64,000 nt of DNA from an uncultured Gammaproteobacteria bacterium (GTDB lineage Bacteria > Pseudomonadota > Gammaproteobacteria > Steroidobacterales > BM003). The stretch is taken from NCBI GenBank assembly GCA_963699835.1, contig CAVOVJ010000001.1, forward strand, positions 160,946 to 224,945, in the 5' to 3' direction. This document shows positions 21,703 through 33,338 of this stretch, one piece after another (the first letter of the stretch is position 1; each line of letters begins with the position of its first letter). Made by a program: the position numbers and the translations under genes. The notes under the pieces are model-generated. The model was given only the letters and a program-made list of their open reading frames with translations. It did no database searches and was not told the DNA's origin.

Positions 21703-22316
21703 GGCGCCCGTCCCGTTGTCGCGGATTTACCCTGATCGAGTTGATTGTGGCGATGGCCATCTCGGTTATCTTCGGCGTTATCGCCTATGTCGGACTCAGC
21801 AACCTGCAGCTCAACTACACGGCGGGCCGGGACTCGCTGGAGCAGATTGCGGCGATGCAATTTGCGATGCGGCGGATCGCCCAGGACTTTACCCAGATAC
21901 AGCCGCGACCGGTTCGCGACGAACTGGGCGACGGCTACAAACCCTCCCTGCTGGCGGATGGACGGGGCACCTACGCGCTCGAATTCACCCGCGGTGGCTG
22001 GAGCAATCCACTCGGGCAGCCACGTCCTACCCTGCAGCGGGTCGCGTATTTTCTTCAGGATGAGATGCTGATCCGGCGTAACTGGAGAGTGCTCGACCGG
22101 ACCCTCTCCAATGAACCCGTCGAAGCGGCTTTGCTGGAGAACGTGTTGCAGGTACAGGTGCGTTTCCTGGACTTCCAGCGCGAGTGGCGTGACCAGTGGC
22201 CACCGCTGGATATGGATCCCGCCGAAGGGCTGCGGGCGCGGCCCCTGCTGATCGAGATAACGCTGGAGTTTGCCGATTACGGTGTCATTACACGTCTGTT
22301 CGAGGTGGCGGGATGA
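21699..22316 (+). CDS. gspJ: Type II secretion minor pseudopilin J
   Basis: GFTLIELIVA, PRPVRD and FTRGGWSNP...LQRVAY motifs; ATG overlaps the gspI stop. Confidence 0.92.
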   Translation: MRRPSRCRGFTLIELIVAMAISVIFGVIAYVGLSNLQLNYTAGRDSLEQIAAMQFAMRRIAQDFTQIQPRPVRDELGDGYKPSLLADGRGTYALEFTRGGWSNPLGQPRPTLQRVAYFLQDEMLIRRNWRVLDRTLSNEPVEAALLENVLQVQVRFLDFQREWRDQWPPLDMDPAEGLRARPLLIEITLEFADYGVITRLFEVAG

Positions 22317-23275
22317 GCGCGGGCACTTCGACTGGGGTACCTGTGCCGGTGCGCCGCGAGAACGGCATTGCGTTGGTGACGGCGTTGCTGATTGTCGCAC
22401 TGGCGACGATTTTTGCCGCCGAAATCCTGTGGGCAGTCAGCCTGCAAGTGCGGCGGGTTTCGAACGCGTTGTCTTTCGATCAGGCTTTCCAGGCCGCACT
22501 CGGCGCAGAGGCGTTCGCCGCACAGATTCTGCGCCAGGACCTGCAGGCCGGTGACGAGGATTATCCTGGCGAAGAATGGGCTGTCGATCTTCCGCCATTG
22601 CCCCTCGAGAAAGACGGCCAGATTATCGGTGAGGTCGCCGGGTTTATTGAAGACATGCAGGGCCGGCTCAACGTGAATAATCTGGTCAATAACGAGGGCG
22701 AGCCGGATGAAATCACAGTCGAGCAATTGCGCCGGCTGCTACTGGCGCTTGAAGTGGACCCGGCCTTCGCCGGGTTTCTCGCGGACTGGATCGATCCTGA
22801 TATCGACCCGGGATTCCCGGACGGTGCCGAGGATGACGTTTACACCGGGCTCATGCCGCCGCATCGTACCGCAAACATAGCGGTCACCAGTATCAGCGAG
22901 CTGTACTCGCTGCAGGAATTCAATCTGGAGGCATTCCAGCTGATTGCGCCCTATCTCACTGCGCTTCCGCGCGGGACCCGCTTGAACGTGAACACGACCT
23001 CGGCGATCGTGCTTGCCGCATTGTCGGAAGATCTCGATCTCGGTTCTGCGGAAGGTTATGTCGAATCCGCCGCAGAAGCGGGCCTCGGTTCGCTCGACGA
23101 GATCGGCGAACGGCTCGGCGAGGAAGCGGCTGAGAAGTTGACGCTTGGCAGCCAATATTTTCGTCTGACTGTGCGCGTTACTGTTGGCACGTCACGACTC
23201 ACAATGTACAGTCTGCTACGTCGCGGTGATGGCGGTACAGTCCGCACGATTCTGCGTAGCCTGGGCACGGAGTAG
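22313..23275 (+). CDS. gspK: Type II secretion minor pseudopilin K
   Basis: GIALVTALLIVA, DMQGRLNVNNL, DWIDPD and GAED motifs. Confidence 0.92.
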   Translation: MSAGTSTGVPVPVRRENGIALVTALLIVALATIFAAEILWAVSLQVRRVSNALSFDQAFQAALGAEAFAAQILRQDLQAGDEDYPGEEWAVDLPPLPLEKDGQIIGEVAGFIEDMQGRLNVNNLVNNEGEPDEITVEQLRRLLLALEVDPAFAGFLADWIDPDIDPGFPDGAEDDVYTGLMPPHRTANIAVTSISELYSLQEFNLEAFQLIAPYLTALPRGTRLNVNTTSAIVLAALSEDLDLGSAEGYVESAAEAGLGSLDEIGERLGEEAAEKLTLGSQYFRLTVRVTVGTSRLTMYSLLRRGDGGTVRTILRSLGTE

Positions 23276-23276
23276 C

Positions 23277-24533
23277 ATGGCCGACTTCCTGATAATTCGG
23301 CTCGATAAACATAATCCCGAGAGAGCGAGCTGGATCAAGACCGATGTGTCCGGCGCGCTGCAGGGAGAACCCCAGCACGGTTCGCTGGCGCTGGCTGCGC
23401 CGCAGGCGGCCAGCCGGCGCGTGTGGATCATCGTTCCCGCGAGCGAGGTTCTGCTTACCGAAGTCAATATTCCGGTGAAGGGTCAGAGCAAGGTATTGCA
23501 GGCAGTGCCCTATGCGCTGGAAGAGCGCGTTGCCGCCGACGTAGAAAACCTGCATTTTGCTGCCGGCCCGCGCCGTGGCAATGGCCAAGTCTCCGTCGCA
23601 GCCGTCGAGCGTCGCCTGATGGAGCAATGGCACGCGGCCCTCGCAACGCACGGTATACAGGCCGATGCGATGTATGCCGACGTGGAAGCCCTGCCGCGGA
23701 CCCCGGGAACCGCGACGCTGGTTCTGGATGGCGCCGAGGCTTTGTTGCGATTGAGTAACGATGCCTGCGTTGCCATCGAGGCGGACAATCTTGAACTGCT
23801 GATTCCCGATGCGCTGCTTGGCGCTGCCGCAACCTCTGACCAAGACGAGACGCCGGTGCGCCTCGACGTTTATGGAGTCAGGGACGAACTCGAGCAGCGC
23901 AGCGATTGGCTGGAACTCGTGCGCGGACAGATTACGAGTCTGGAAGTGCGGCAACTGGCTGACGGCCCGTTGTCGCAGATGGCCGCATGGATCGTCAATG
24001 CGCCGGGGATAAATCTGCTGCAGGGTGATTTTTCCCGCCGCTCCGATGTCGTGGAACTGTTCTGGCGGCCATGGAAAGTCGCCGCGAGTCTGCTGCTTGC
24101 TCTGGTAATCGTGATGCTCGTCAGCCAGGGGGCGCGGCTTTGGCAGCTCAAACGCACGGAGGCTCAACTCGACAGCGCGATTGAGGAGGTTTTCCTTGCG
24201 GCGTTTCCCGGGGTCAAGACCGTTCGCGATCCACGTAGCCAGTTGCGCCAGCAACTTGCGATGCTTGGTGGCGGCGACGGGAGCTCAAGTGAATTCCTGC
24301 CGATGCTGGTTGCACTCGGCCAGGTACTCAAGATCAGCAGCAACACGCGCATCGAGGGACTGAGCTTTCGCAACAATACGCTCGACGTGCAGTTGTCGGC
24401 GCCTGACGTTGCGGTGCTCGACAAAATTCAGAAAGCGGTTGCCGACAACGGCTTTGACGTGCAAATACAGGCGGCCAACCCGAAAGATGACAGGGTCGAA
24501 GGGCGGATTGCAATCCGGGGAGCAGGCGCATGA
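23277..24533 (+). CDS. gspL: Type II secretion protein L
   Basis: AVPYALEE...ENLHFA and INLLQGDF motifs, single TM segment. Confidence 0.9.
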   Translation: MADFLIIRLDKHNPERASWIKTDVSGALQGEPQHGSLALAAPQAASRRVWIIVPASEVLLTEVNIPVKGQSKVLQAVPYALEERVAADVENLHFAAGPRRGNGQVSVAAVERRLMEQWHAALATHGIQADAMYADVEALPRTPGTATLVLDGAEALLRLSNDACVAIEADNLELLIPDALLGAAATSDQDETPVRLDVYGVRDELEQRSDWLELVRGQITSLEVRQLADGPLSQMAAWIVNAPGINLLQGDFSRRSDVVELFWRPWKVAASLLLALVIVMLVSQGARLWQLKRTEAQLDSAIEEVFLAAFPGVKTVRDPRSQLRQQLAMLGGGDGSSSEFLPMLVALGQVLKISSNTRIEGLSFRNNTLDVQLSAPDVAVLDKIQKAVADNGFDVQIQAANPKDDRVEGRIAIRGAGA

Positions 24534-25012
24534 GAGAGTGGCTCGAGAGCCTGCAACCGAGAGAGCGCTGGATGGTATTCTGCTGCGCCGCGTTTGTCGC
24601 CCTGGTCGTGCTCTATCTTGCTCTGCTGCGTCCGCTTTATGGTGGCGCGAGCCGCGCTGAAGCGCGGGTTCAGGAAAAGCGCCAGTTGCTGGCTGATATC
24701 AAAGCTGCAGCCGCACAGGTTCGCAGCGGCGGAGGTGTGGTTCGCGCCATCGATACGAGTCAGTCGCTGGTAGTGGTCGTTGATCAAACCACCCGCAAAA
24801 GCGGTCTTGCCGGGGTGTTGAAACGCAACCAGCCAAACGGTGAGAACGGCATACGGGTAAGGTTCGATGACGCGCCGTTCGACCAGGTTCTGTCATGGCT
24901 TGGCAGCGTCCAGGCCGACTACGGTCTCAGTATCGTCTCGGCGAGCTTTGACGGCGGTGGCCAGGTTGGACAGGTGACGGCCAACCTGGTGCTGGAAAGG
25001 CCCGCTTCGTGA
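24530..25012 (+). CDS. gspM: Type II secretion protein M
   Basis: WLESLQPRER plus TM segment, APFDQVLSWL. Confidence 0.9.
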   Translation: MREWLESLQPRERWMVFCCAAFVALVVLYLALLRPLYGGASRAEARVQEKRQLLADIKAAAAQVRSGGGVVRAIDTSQSLVVVVDQTTRKSGLAGVLKRNQPNGENGIRVRFDDAPFDQVLSWLGSVQADYGLSIVSASFDGGGQVGQVTANLVLERPAS

Positions 25013-25749
25013 CCCGAAATCGCGTTCTGATCGCAACCGGAATTCTGCTCTACCTCTGCTTCGCGATCGCTACGTTACCGGCACGCGCGGTATTGCCGCG
25101 GGTATTGCCCGAGACCATTACACTCGATGGCATAGATGGATCGGTCTGGTCCGGTTCGGCGCAATCGATACGCGGCGGAAAATTCTCGGCCACCGGGATT
25201 CGCTGGGACTTCGAACTGTTGCGGTTATTCCGTCTCCAGTTGGCTTATGCCATCGACCTGCAGATTCCCGGCGGGTTCGCTCGCGGTGTCGTGGCGATGC
25301 AACCGGGGGCCATTGCGCTCAGTGATTTCAGTGCCAGTCTGCCCGTTGCCGAACTGGCACGGCTGATTGCACCGATGAACCTGCAGGGTCAGGCAAGCAT
25401 CGACATCGCCAGCGCCCGCCTGGTCGAACAATGGCCGAACCGGCTCGACGCCGTGATTCGGTTCGGCAATATCCGGTTGCAACAAGCGGCTGAAATCGAA
25501 TTGGGCGATTATCAGCTGGTTTTCGACCCCGCGGATGCCAGTGCCGAGGCCATTATCGGCAAGGTTTCCGATCTAGATGCGACGCTCGATGTCAGCGGCA
25601 CTGTCCGGCTTTTGCCGCAACGCGGTTATGAGATCGATTTGCGGGTCGCGCCCGGGGCCGCCGAGCGCGAACGGTTTGATCGCATGCTGCGCCTGGTGCC
25701 GAAAGACGAGGACGGCCGGTACCAGTTGTCGCTGGCGGGATCACTCTGA
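25009..25749 (+). CDS. gspN: Type II secretion protein N
   Basis: N-terminal TM segment plus LPA, GSVWSGSA; follows gspM. Confidence 0.85.
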   Translation: MTRNRVLIATGILLYLCFAIATLPARAVLPRVLPETITLDGIDGSVWSGSAQSIRGGKFSATGIRWDFELLRLFRLQLAYAIDLQIPGGFARGVVAMQPGAIALSDFSASLPVAELARLIAPMNLQGQASIDIASARLVEQWPNRLDAVIRFGNIRLQQAAEIELGDYQLVFDPADASAEAIIGKVSDLDATLDVSGTVRLLPQRGYEIDLRVAPGAAERERFDRMLRLVPKDEDGRYQLSLAGSL

Positions 25750-28700
25750 ATGCTTGCTCGGACCGCATCGGTATTCCCAGCAGCGCCATCCTTCGAGCAG
25801 CGGAAAGTATAAACCCAACTGCAGGGTCTCATCCGGGTACAAGCCGCACAACAACCGCGCGTAGAGCTCGAGCTGCCCGCGATAGCGTTCGACTTCCCGG
25901 TCCAGGAATTGTTCGCGGCCGGCGCCTTCGTGAACGCTGGTCTTGTAATCCACTATCCATAGCCGTCCCGATTCGTCGCGGAAAGTACGGTCGATAATCA
26001 CGTTGGCCAGTCTGCCATCGAGCAATCCGCTAAGACGTAGCTCGCAATATGCATCGGCATGCTCGTTGTTGAGCAGCCATCGGCCCCGCTCACTGCTCAA
26101 CGCACCATCGAGCGCCGCCATGACCCGCTGCGCCGCGCCATGCAGATGTTCCGTCGGAACGTTCTCCTCGCGCAGGGCCTGCGCGATAGGGCTGCGTTCC
26201 TGTTGCAGACGTTGCCGGTCCCAGTTTCCCGCGCCTTCCGTCGCGATTCGCTGCAGGTAACGATGCGTCACGCTGCCAACGAGACGGATCGTTTCACCGG
26301 CCCAGTCGAATTCAACGGGCTGCGCAGGTTGCTCGGGGGTGGTCAGTGTCGGACGCACTGCAACCGGATCTCGCGGCGGCGCAGGCTGCCATCCGGTTTT
26401 TACGCGGTGCCATACAGGGGATCGCTGCGCAATGTCGGCGACCGGGTACGGCCCGGTCACACCGGTGCTGGCCGGATCAATTTCAGCCGCAAGCTGCGAC
26501 CACAGGTACGACAACAAGGAACCGGCCGCAGGTTTCTCCGGTTCTCCGCTTTCGGGATTGTGGCTAATGCCAAAGACGAGATGCAGTTTGTCGCGGGCCC
26601 GGGTCGCCGCAACGTATACGATCCTGGCCGCCTCGTTGCTCGCGCGCCTTTTTTCGATGTCGGCGAGATACTTGCTTAACCCATCCGACGGTTCACCATG
26701 TGCCGTTATGGGTGCAAACAACAAGCGTGGCGCCCTGCCCTCACCGCCAATTTCCATCCACCGCAGCAACGGTTTGTCGTCGGGGCGCGGTTTGCGGTGC
26801 AGGCCCGGCAAAATCACCGTGTCAAACTCGAGTCCCTTGGCCTTGTGGATGGTCATGATCTGAACGCATGCCGCCGCACCGGGGTCGGAGGATGCATACA
26901 AGTCATCGAGACGCCGATCGAGCACTTCGAGATCCTCGATATCTCCGCCCGTTTCGAGCCCATCCAGAAGCTCGAAGAACGCCTCCGCATCGGCAATCGC
27001 TGATTCCCCGCGCAACGTTGCGGCGCCACCCAGTCCGAGCCACATGCCCTCGATCCAGCGTCTCAGACTACACCGGCCACGCCCGGCATCGCTGTCACGA
27101 AGGAGCTTCGTCAATCGTTGGATGCGCGCTCTGCCGTCTTCGCTGGCCCGCTTGATGTGCGCGGTCTCGAGGAGCAAATCCGCTATACAATCGTCTTTGC
27201 CTCCGCTGACTGCCAGAAGATCGGCATGACTCAATCCTACGAATGGGGCTCTGAGCAAAGCAAGCCAGGCGGTGCGGTCGCCACGATGCAGCAGCGCGCG
27301 CGTCAGCGCCAGCAGGTCGCAGATGTGGGATTGTTTGCGCAGGGCTTCTATTTCCACGGCCTGAACCGGGATACCCGCGTCCCGCAATGCCCGCATGATC
27401 ACGGCCAGGTGCGGTCTGCCGCGGACCAGAATCGCGCAAGTCCGGTCGCCGCCTCGCGCCTGCTCGGCGGCGACGATACCGACGACACATTGCGCCTCGT
27501 CAATCTCTGACTTGTCGCCGATCGGGTGAATTTCCACGGCCCTGGTGCCGTCAGGTTCGGTGTCCGCACTGCTCGCTGGAGCGTAACTCACGGCGCCGAG
27601 GATCGGATTGTCGCGCGCTGCGAGTACCGAGGGGAAAACCTGATTGAACCATTGGATCATTGCCGCACGGGAGCGGAAATTACTACTCAGCTGTAACGCC
27701 TGCATTGGCGGCAGCGCAAGATGGCCGTCCCGTGCCGCAAGAAAAAGACCGACCTCGGCATCGCGAAACCGGTAAATCGACTGCATGGGATCGCCGACAC
27801 AGAAAAAGCTGCGGCCATCGTCCGGCTCCCAGCCGGCAGTGAGTCGGGTGAGCAGATCGACCTGTCCGACCGATGTGTCCTGAAACTCGTCCACGAGAAT
27901 GTGGCTGAGCCGATAGTCGAGCAGCAGTGCGAGATCCTCCGGTGCATCGCCAGGACCAAGCGCGCGCGCCGCGGCGGACGCGAGACCGGTATAGTCGATC
28001 TCACCGCATTCCTCGAACAACAGCTCGAGTTCGGCGGCGGCTCGGGGCAACAACCCGAGCAGGGCTTCGAGAAATTCCCATTGATCGTCTGCGAACGCTT
28101 GGCAACGGCAACGCATCAATAGCACCGAGCGCCTCCTCGATGCCCTCTTCCTCGCGCAACGTCGCGAGCAACTCGATCATCCGGTCCTTCGCGGATCGGT
28201 CGCTGGTAGAGAAACCGTTGCGCTTATTGACGCTTTTTCTCAGGGTGCCCGCCTCGGTCAAAACGAAACCGACCAGAGCTCGCCATTGCAGCAGGTTGGA
28301 AGCGTTCGGTGACGGGAAGGTCTCGCGCTGCCCGAGCACCTCGAGCTGGTGTTCAATCCCGGCCTCGTCCATCTGTGCCGCCGCGATTCGCGCCAATTCG
28401 CACCACTCCCGTTCCAGGTCGCGCGGAACCCGGCCAACGTGGCGCTGCAATTCCGCCGTAACCGTCGCCGCGAGGTCGCCTTCGAGCTGCGCCCTGAGAT
28501 TGAGCTGCTGCGCAGCCATCATGATGTGCCTGATCCAGTGATCGCGCCGTCGCAGCATACTGGCGAGCATGCCGACAAACCGCTCCGGCGAGTTGTCGAG
28601 ATGCGCCAACACGCGCTCTACGCGGTCGCCCGCGGTTCCCGGTTCCGCCAGGTAGCGCAGCACCGCTTCCGCTGCATCCCGGTACAGCGCATCAGGCTTG

Positions 28701-29137
28701 TCGGCAACCCGGATATTGGGCGGCAGGCCCATCATCATCGGCATCTGCCGCACCAGCGATGCATTGAAAGCGTCGATCGTCATGATCCGCAGCCGGAACG
28801 GACAGTGCAGTAACTGCCATTGCATCTCGCGGTCTCGCTCGAGCACGTTGCGGGCAAGCTCCAGGCTGAGTCGCTGGTGCGGTGCGTCCGCTGCGGCCTC
28901 GGCTGCCGCCTGGAGCAGGTGCTCCAACACCCGCCGGCGCATCTCCGCCGCGGCTTTGCGGGTAAACGTGATCGCAAGAATCTGCTCCGGGGCTTCGACC
29001 CTCGCCAGCAATGCAAGAAAGCGCTGACTCAGCAGCTCCGTCTTGCCCGACCCCGCCGGCGCCTGGACGATAAAAGACTGTGTCACATCCAGTGCCCGGG
29101 CGCGGGCGTCGCGATCGTCGCTGGCAGTTGTCGTCAC
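25741..29137 (-). CDS. addA: AddA-like UvrD helicase with C-terminal RecB-type nuclease; frameshift near 28099
   Basis: QAPAGSGKT, ITFTRKAA, VDEFQDT, VGDPMQSIYRFR, MTIHKAKGLEF, YVAATRA and IDR...VDYKT spread over two ORFs that join by removing one base. Confidence 0.88.
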
Positions 29138-31738
29138 GGGTTGTGACCCTGGCTCTGCAGTTCATTGATGCGACATAACGTTTCGAGGTCACAGTAGCGG
29201 CAGGCCTCGCGATCCGGGGTAACCGAGGCGGCGCCACCCTTGAAATTCAGCGCGAGGGAATGCAGTTGCGAGCGCCATGCCTGCATCAGGTCATCCCAGC
29301 CGTTGAAGTAACGGGTATCGGGTTGCGAGACGTTGACTGCCGGCTCGGTTCCAAGCACGTCTTTCTCGACGCCGACTCCCTTGTAACCGACCTCTCCGCT
29401 TTTCACACTGATTACGGCCACTGCCGCCGGCGCGGCGGCACGGGATATTGCGTACAGGGGCATTTGCGCATCGCGAATTCGCTGACCGCACCAGTCGGCG
29501 GTGTTGGCGGCACCGGTTTTGAAATCGAGTACCGCGAGGCGCCCGTCGCCAAGCCGGTCGACGCGGTCCAGCTTTATCGTGAATTCAAGCTCGCCGACTC
29601 TCATCGTTTCGCGGCTCTCCATCTGCATGACCGCGAATGGTCCCCGTTGCCGCTCTACTTCCAGGATCTGCCCGATAAGATTTTCGAGCCGCCGTGCCTC
29701 GATCCGAATATGTCGCAATATCGCGGCGTCGTCACTTTGCTCGCGGGTCGTCGCCAGGGCGGCAGCGACGCATTCACGCGTCAGCCTTTGCAGTTCCGCT
29801 TCACCGCTCCGGGCGAGGCGGTCGCTACCGCCCAGTTCCCCCCACAGCAACTCCATCGCACGGTGGAGCACCATTCCGCGGGTGCGCGGATCGATGCCGA
29901 GCGCGGGCACCTCAGGTGTCGTCGCATTCAGTCTGTGCAACGCGAACGCGCGAAACGGACACTGCGCCTGATCGGTCAGAACTCTGCTGCCACCGCCATG
30001 TATGTGGGCTGTCCGCAGCGGTGGCGGATTGTCCCATGCCGCCGTTTCGATGGCGTCGCGTTCCAGAGTTTGCTGGCGCCGGTAGCTGCCGCAAGCGGCA
30101 GGGTCAGCGGCTTCGGTCTCGGCAATATCTGCGATCAAAAGACTCGGCCACATATCCCGATCTTCCAGGCGCGCCGGCCAGCTCACGACAACATCGTCGG
30201 CGCCGGCTTTAAAGCAGGACAGCAGCCAGTGCGCATGACGCAACTGACTGTCGACAGTCGATGAAGGCATATCCAGCTGCCGTTGCAAGGCGAGCGGGAT
30301 CAAGGGGTCCGGCCGCGGCGGCGCCGGCCACGCTTCATCGTGCCATCCCGTTACCCACAGGTGATCGAAGCGCAGCCCCGCCGCCTCGAGACTGCCCATT
30401 ATCTCTACCGGGGCGCCCGGATCCCGGATCTGGAAAACGCTGTTTTGCAGGATCCGGGTCAGCTTCGACAGTGCTCTGCCAACGCCTAGCGAACCGACGA
30501 CAGAGTCGAGGCTCGCAAACTCCGCGAGTCGTTCGCGCCAGTGCTCGTGCAATTGAAATTCCGCGCTGTTCGCAATGCGCTCGCCAGGCCAGCCGAACGC
30601 CCTCAACTGGTCGCTGAATACTGTCACCCATTCGCTGGGCAGCCGGGACCCTGCGATCTGCGGCAAGGCCTCGAGTGATGTCGCTAGCGAATCGCCCGCG
30701 TGTCCGGCGAGCCAGACGAGCTTGCGGATGTCGACAGTGCGCCAGCCACGTCGCCTGATTTGCAGATCGATGGCCGCCCGCTTTCCGGCTTGCGCCGGCA
30801 TTCCGTGCAGATACGGCGAGCGCAGCAGTCGTCCGGCTTCCCGATAGTCGACACCGTGGCAGGCGATACGCAATAGCAGCAGCGCCTGCGCGATCAGCGG
30901 ACAGGTGTCGCTTTCCTGTCCCAGCGACAGGTGAAACACTCCATCGTCGGTGGCGGCTCCGGGTAACACTGCGCCGGGTGTAAGGATGTCGGCAAAAATA
31001 CGCTCGACCTCGCTGCGCCGCGTCGCCAGATCGCTGACGACGACCCCGATCCGTTTTTGCGGGTCTTCTTCGAGTATCCGCCGCGCCCATTCCGCGGCCG
31101 CCTCCAACTCGTCGCCAGGGCCGGGAAATGCCATGCGCTGACAATGACTTGCAGAAGGAACTTCCGGTGGCGTGACAATATCGGTGCCGGCCGCCTCGAA
31201 CCGCTGCAGCAGACTCCGCTGCTGCGGGGAGAGTTGCTCGAAACCGATAAGAGCCAACTCCGGTGGCGGGCTGATATGGCCGCGTGCCAGCGCGGCCATG
31301 ATCTCGTCGGCGAGATGCGCACTGTCGATCCAGCCATTATCGCGGCAATGCTGCTGGAATTGCCTGGCCCAGTCAGAGAATGTTCGGACCGAGCCGCTCG
31401 CCGCCTCGGCCAAGGGATCCGGCGAGATTCCCCAGTTCGCGGCAAGCCGCCAGCTTTGCATCGCCACGCTGGGCCAGGCCATATTGCCGTTGCGCTGACA
31501 CCTCCGGCTGGGCCGTCTCGCGGATACATCGCTCCCACAAAGCGAGTTCCTGCGCCGGATTCAGCAGACTCCGTTCCGAGCCGTTCCCAGCCAGCCAGAT
31601 TGCCTCATGGCACCGCCGCATCCATGCATCGAAAGCCCACGTCTGGGGGCTGCGCCAGACGCGCTTGCCATTTCGCAGGCAGTGACGGGCAAACGTTTCG
31701 GCGATCTCGCGTGCCTGACGACGGGTCGCCGTTACCAC
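29134..31738 (-). CDS. addB: AddB-like inactive helicase/PD-(D/E)XK nuclease; frameshift near 31472
   Basis: N-terminal VVTATRRQA; C-terminal QCPFRAFA, LDRVD...LDFKTG, QMPLY and CRYCDLETLCR Fe-S cysteines; overlaps the addA start. Confidence 0.82.
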
Positions 31739-31796
31739 GACGCCATCGTCCTCCAGAATTTCTATAATAGTTTTAATTAATAATGCCTTATATTTA

Positions 31797-33078
31797 TTAC
31801 TTGAGGCTATAATTTAACTTAGGAGGATCGCTCCGCTCGTCGCATAGCGCGCCAATCTCGGGGTCAGAGAGATTCAACCATTCGCGCAGCACCCGGCTTC
31901 CGTTTTCGCCGAGCTGTGGCGGCGGGCAACGGTACTGTACCGGTGTCGCGGAAAAACGCACCGGATTCGCTACCCCCGGTATCGCAGCCCCGCTCCGGGC
32001 CGCCAGATCGATACGCAGATTACGATGGCGCACCTGCGGCTCGGCAAAAACCGCATCGAGGGTATTGACCGGACCGCACGGCACGCCAGCCTGTTTCAGG
32101 TGCCCGACCCAGTCCGCCGTGTCGCGACCGGTAAACAACCGGGTCAGCACGGGCAGCAATGCCGCACGATTCTCGACGCGAGCACGGTTTGTCGCGAAAT
32201 TCTCGTCGTCCGCGAGCCGCGGTTCCCCCAGGACATCGGTGAGACGCCTGAACTGGGCATCGTTACCGACCGCCACCATGATGTGTCCGCTGCGGGTGGG
32301 AAACGCCTGGTAAGGAACGATGTTCGGGTGGGCCGTGCCGAGCCGACCCGGTGCGCGGCCGCCGACCAGAAAGTTCATGGCCTGATTCGCCAGCATCGCG
32401 ACCTGGCAGTCCATTAGCGCGATGTCGATGAATTGGCCAGCGCCGTCGCGCTCCCGGGCCTGCACCGCCGCGAGGATCGCGCTGACTGCGTACATGCCGG
32501 AGAACAGGTCCGCAACGGCGACACCGACTTTCTGTGGCCCCCCGCCCGCCTCGTCGTCCGCGCCACCGGTAATGCTCATCAAACCGCCCATCGCCTGGAT
32601 CATGGCATCGTATCCGGGCGTATCGGATTCCGGGCCATCCTGGCCGAAAGCGCTGATCGAGCAATAGATCAACCCCGTGTTGACTCGGCTCAGCGTTGCG
32701 TAGTCGAGGCCGAACGCGGCCATCGTGCCAACCCGGAAATTCTCGATGAGCACGTCGCAGCTTACCGCCAGCCGCCGCACGAGCGCCTGACCCTCAGAAT
32801 GGCGAAGATCTACGCCGAGCGAATCCTTGCCGCGATTGGCCGCGGCGAAGTACGCCGACATGGCGTCGGTCTCATTGCCAATATACGGCGGTCCCCAACT
32901 GCGGGTATCGTCGCCGCTACCGGGTCGCTCGATCTTGACGACATCGGCGCCGAAATCGGCCAGCGTCTGCCCGGCCCAGGGACCCGCCAGCACGCGGCTA
33001 AGGTCCAGAACCCTGAGACCCTGGAGCGCGGTTTTGACCGGTGTCTGATCCTCGGAGATAGGACTGCTGGCCCCCCAT
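31797..33078 (-). CDS. CaiB/BaiF family III CoA-transferase
   Basis: LRVLDLSRVLAGPW, KIERPGSGDDTR, ENFRVG and GYDAMIQ motifs. ATG 33078 is in frame only if the 6-nt homopolymer at 33071-33076 is one base shorter. Confidence 0.9.
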
Positions 33079-33338
33079 TTCCGTGCTTCGCACGAGCGCG
33101 ATTGTAACGCGCGCCGGCTACGCGAACACGTCCTTGCCGGGCGCCGGAGAAATCGTCCCGGCCGAGCGCCGGCGCCCCGGACCCGCCGCGCAATTCCCGG
33201 TCACAAGGGCATGTGACCTCCCGCCGCCGGGCAGGTAAAATAGCCGGCCTGTATCGTCATTGGCCTTTCGCCGCGGGCCTGATCTGAGCCGGGCCGTCGG
33301 TATTCAATTTTGCACAGAGTTAAAAGAGGAACCTGCAA

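Noticed and set aside
25741-31738. Helicase-nuclease pair as a defence or Cas4-like system
   Set aside because: Architecture and gene order match housekeeping AddAB, and no cas genes or repeat array are present.
16354-33107. Long antisense ORFs such as 16354..17376, 18240..19388, 23199..24254 and 29260..30264
   Set aside because: These are shadow ORFs expected opposite real genes in high-GC DNA, with no motifs.
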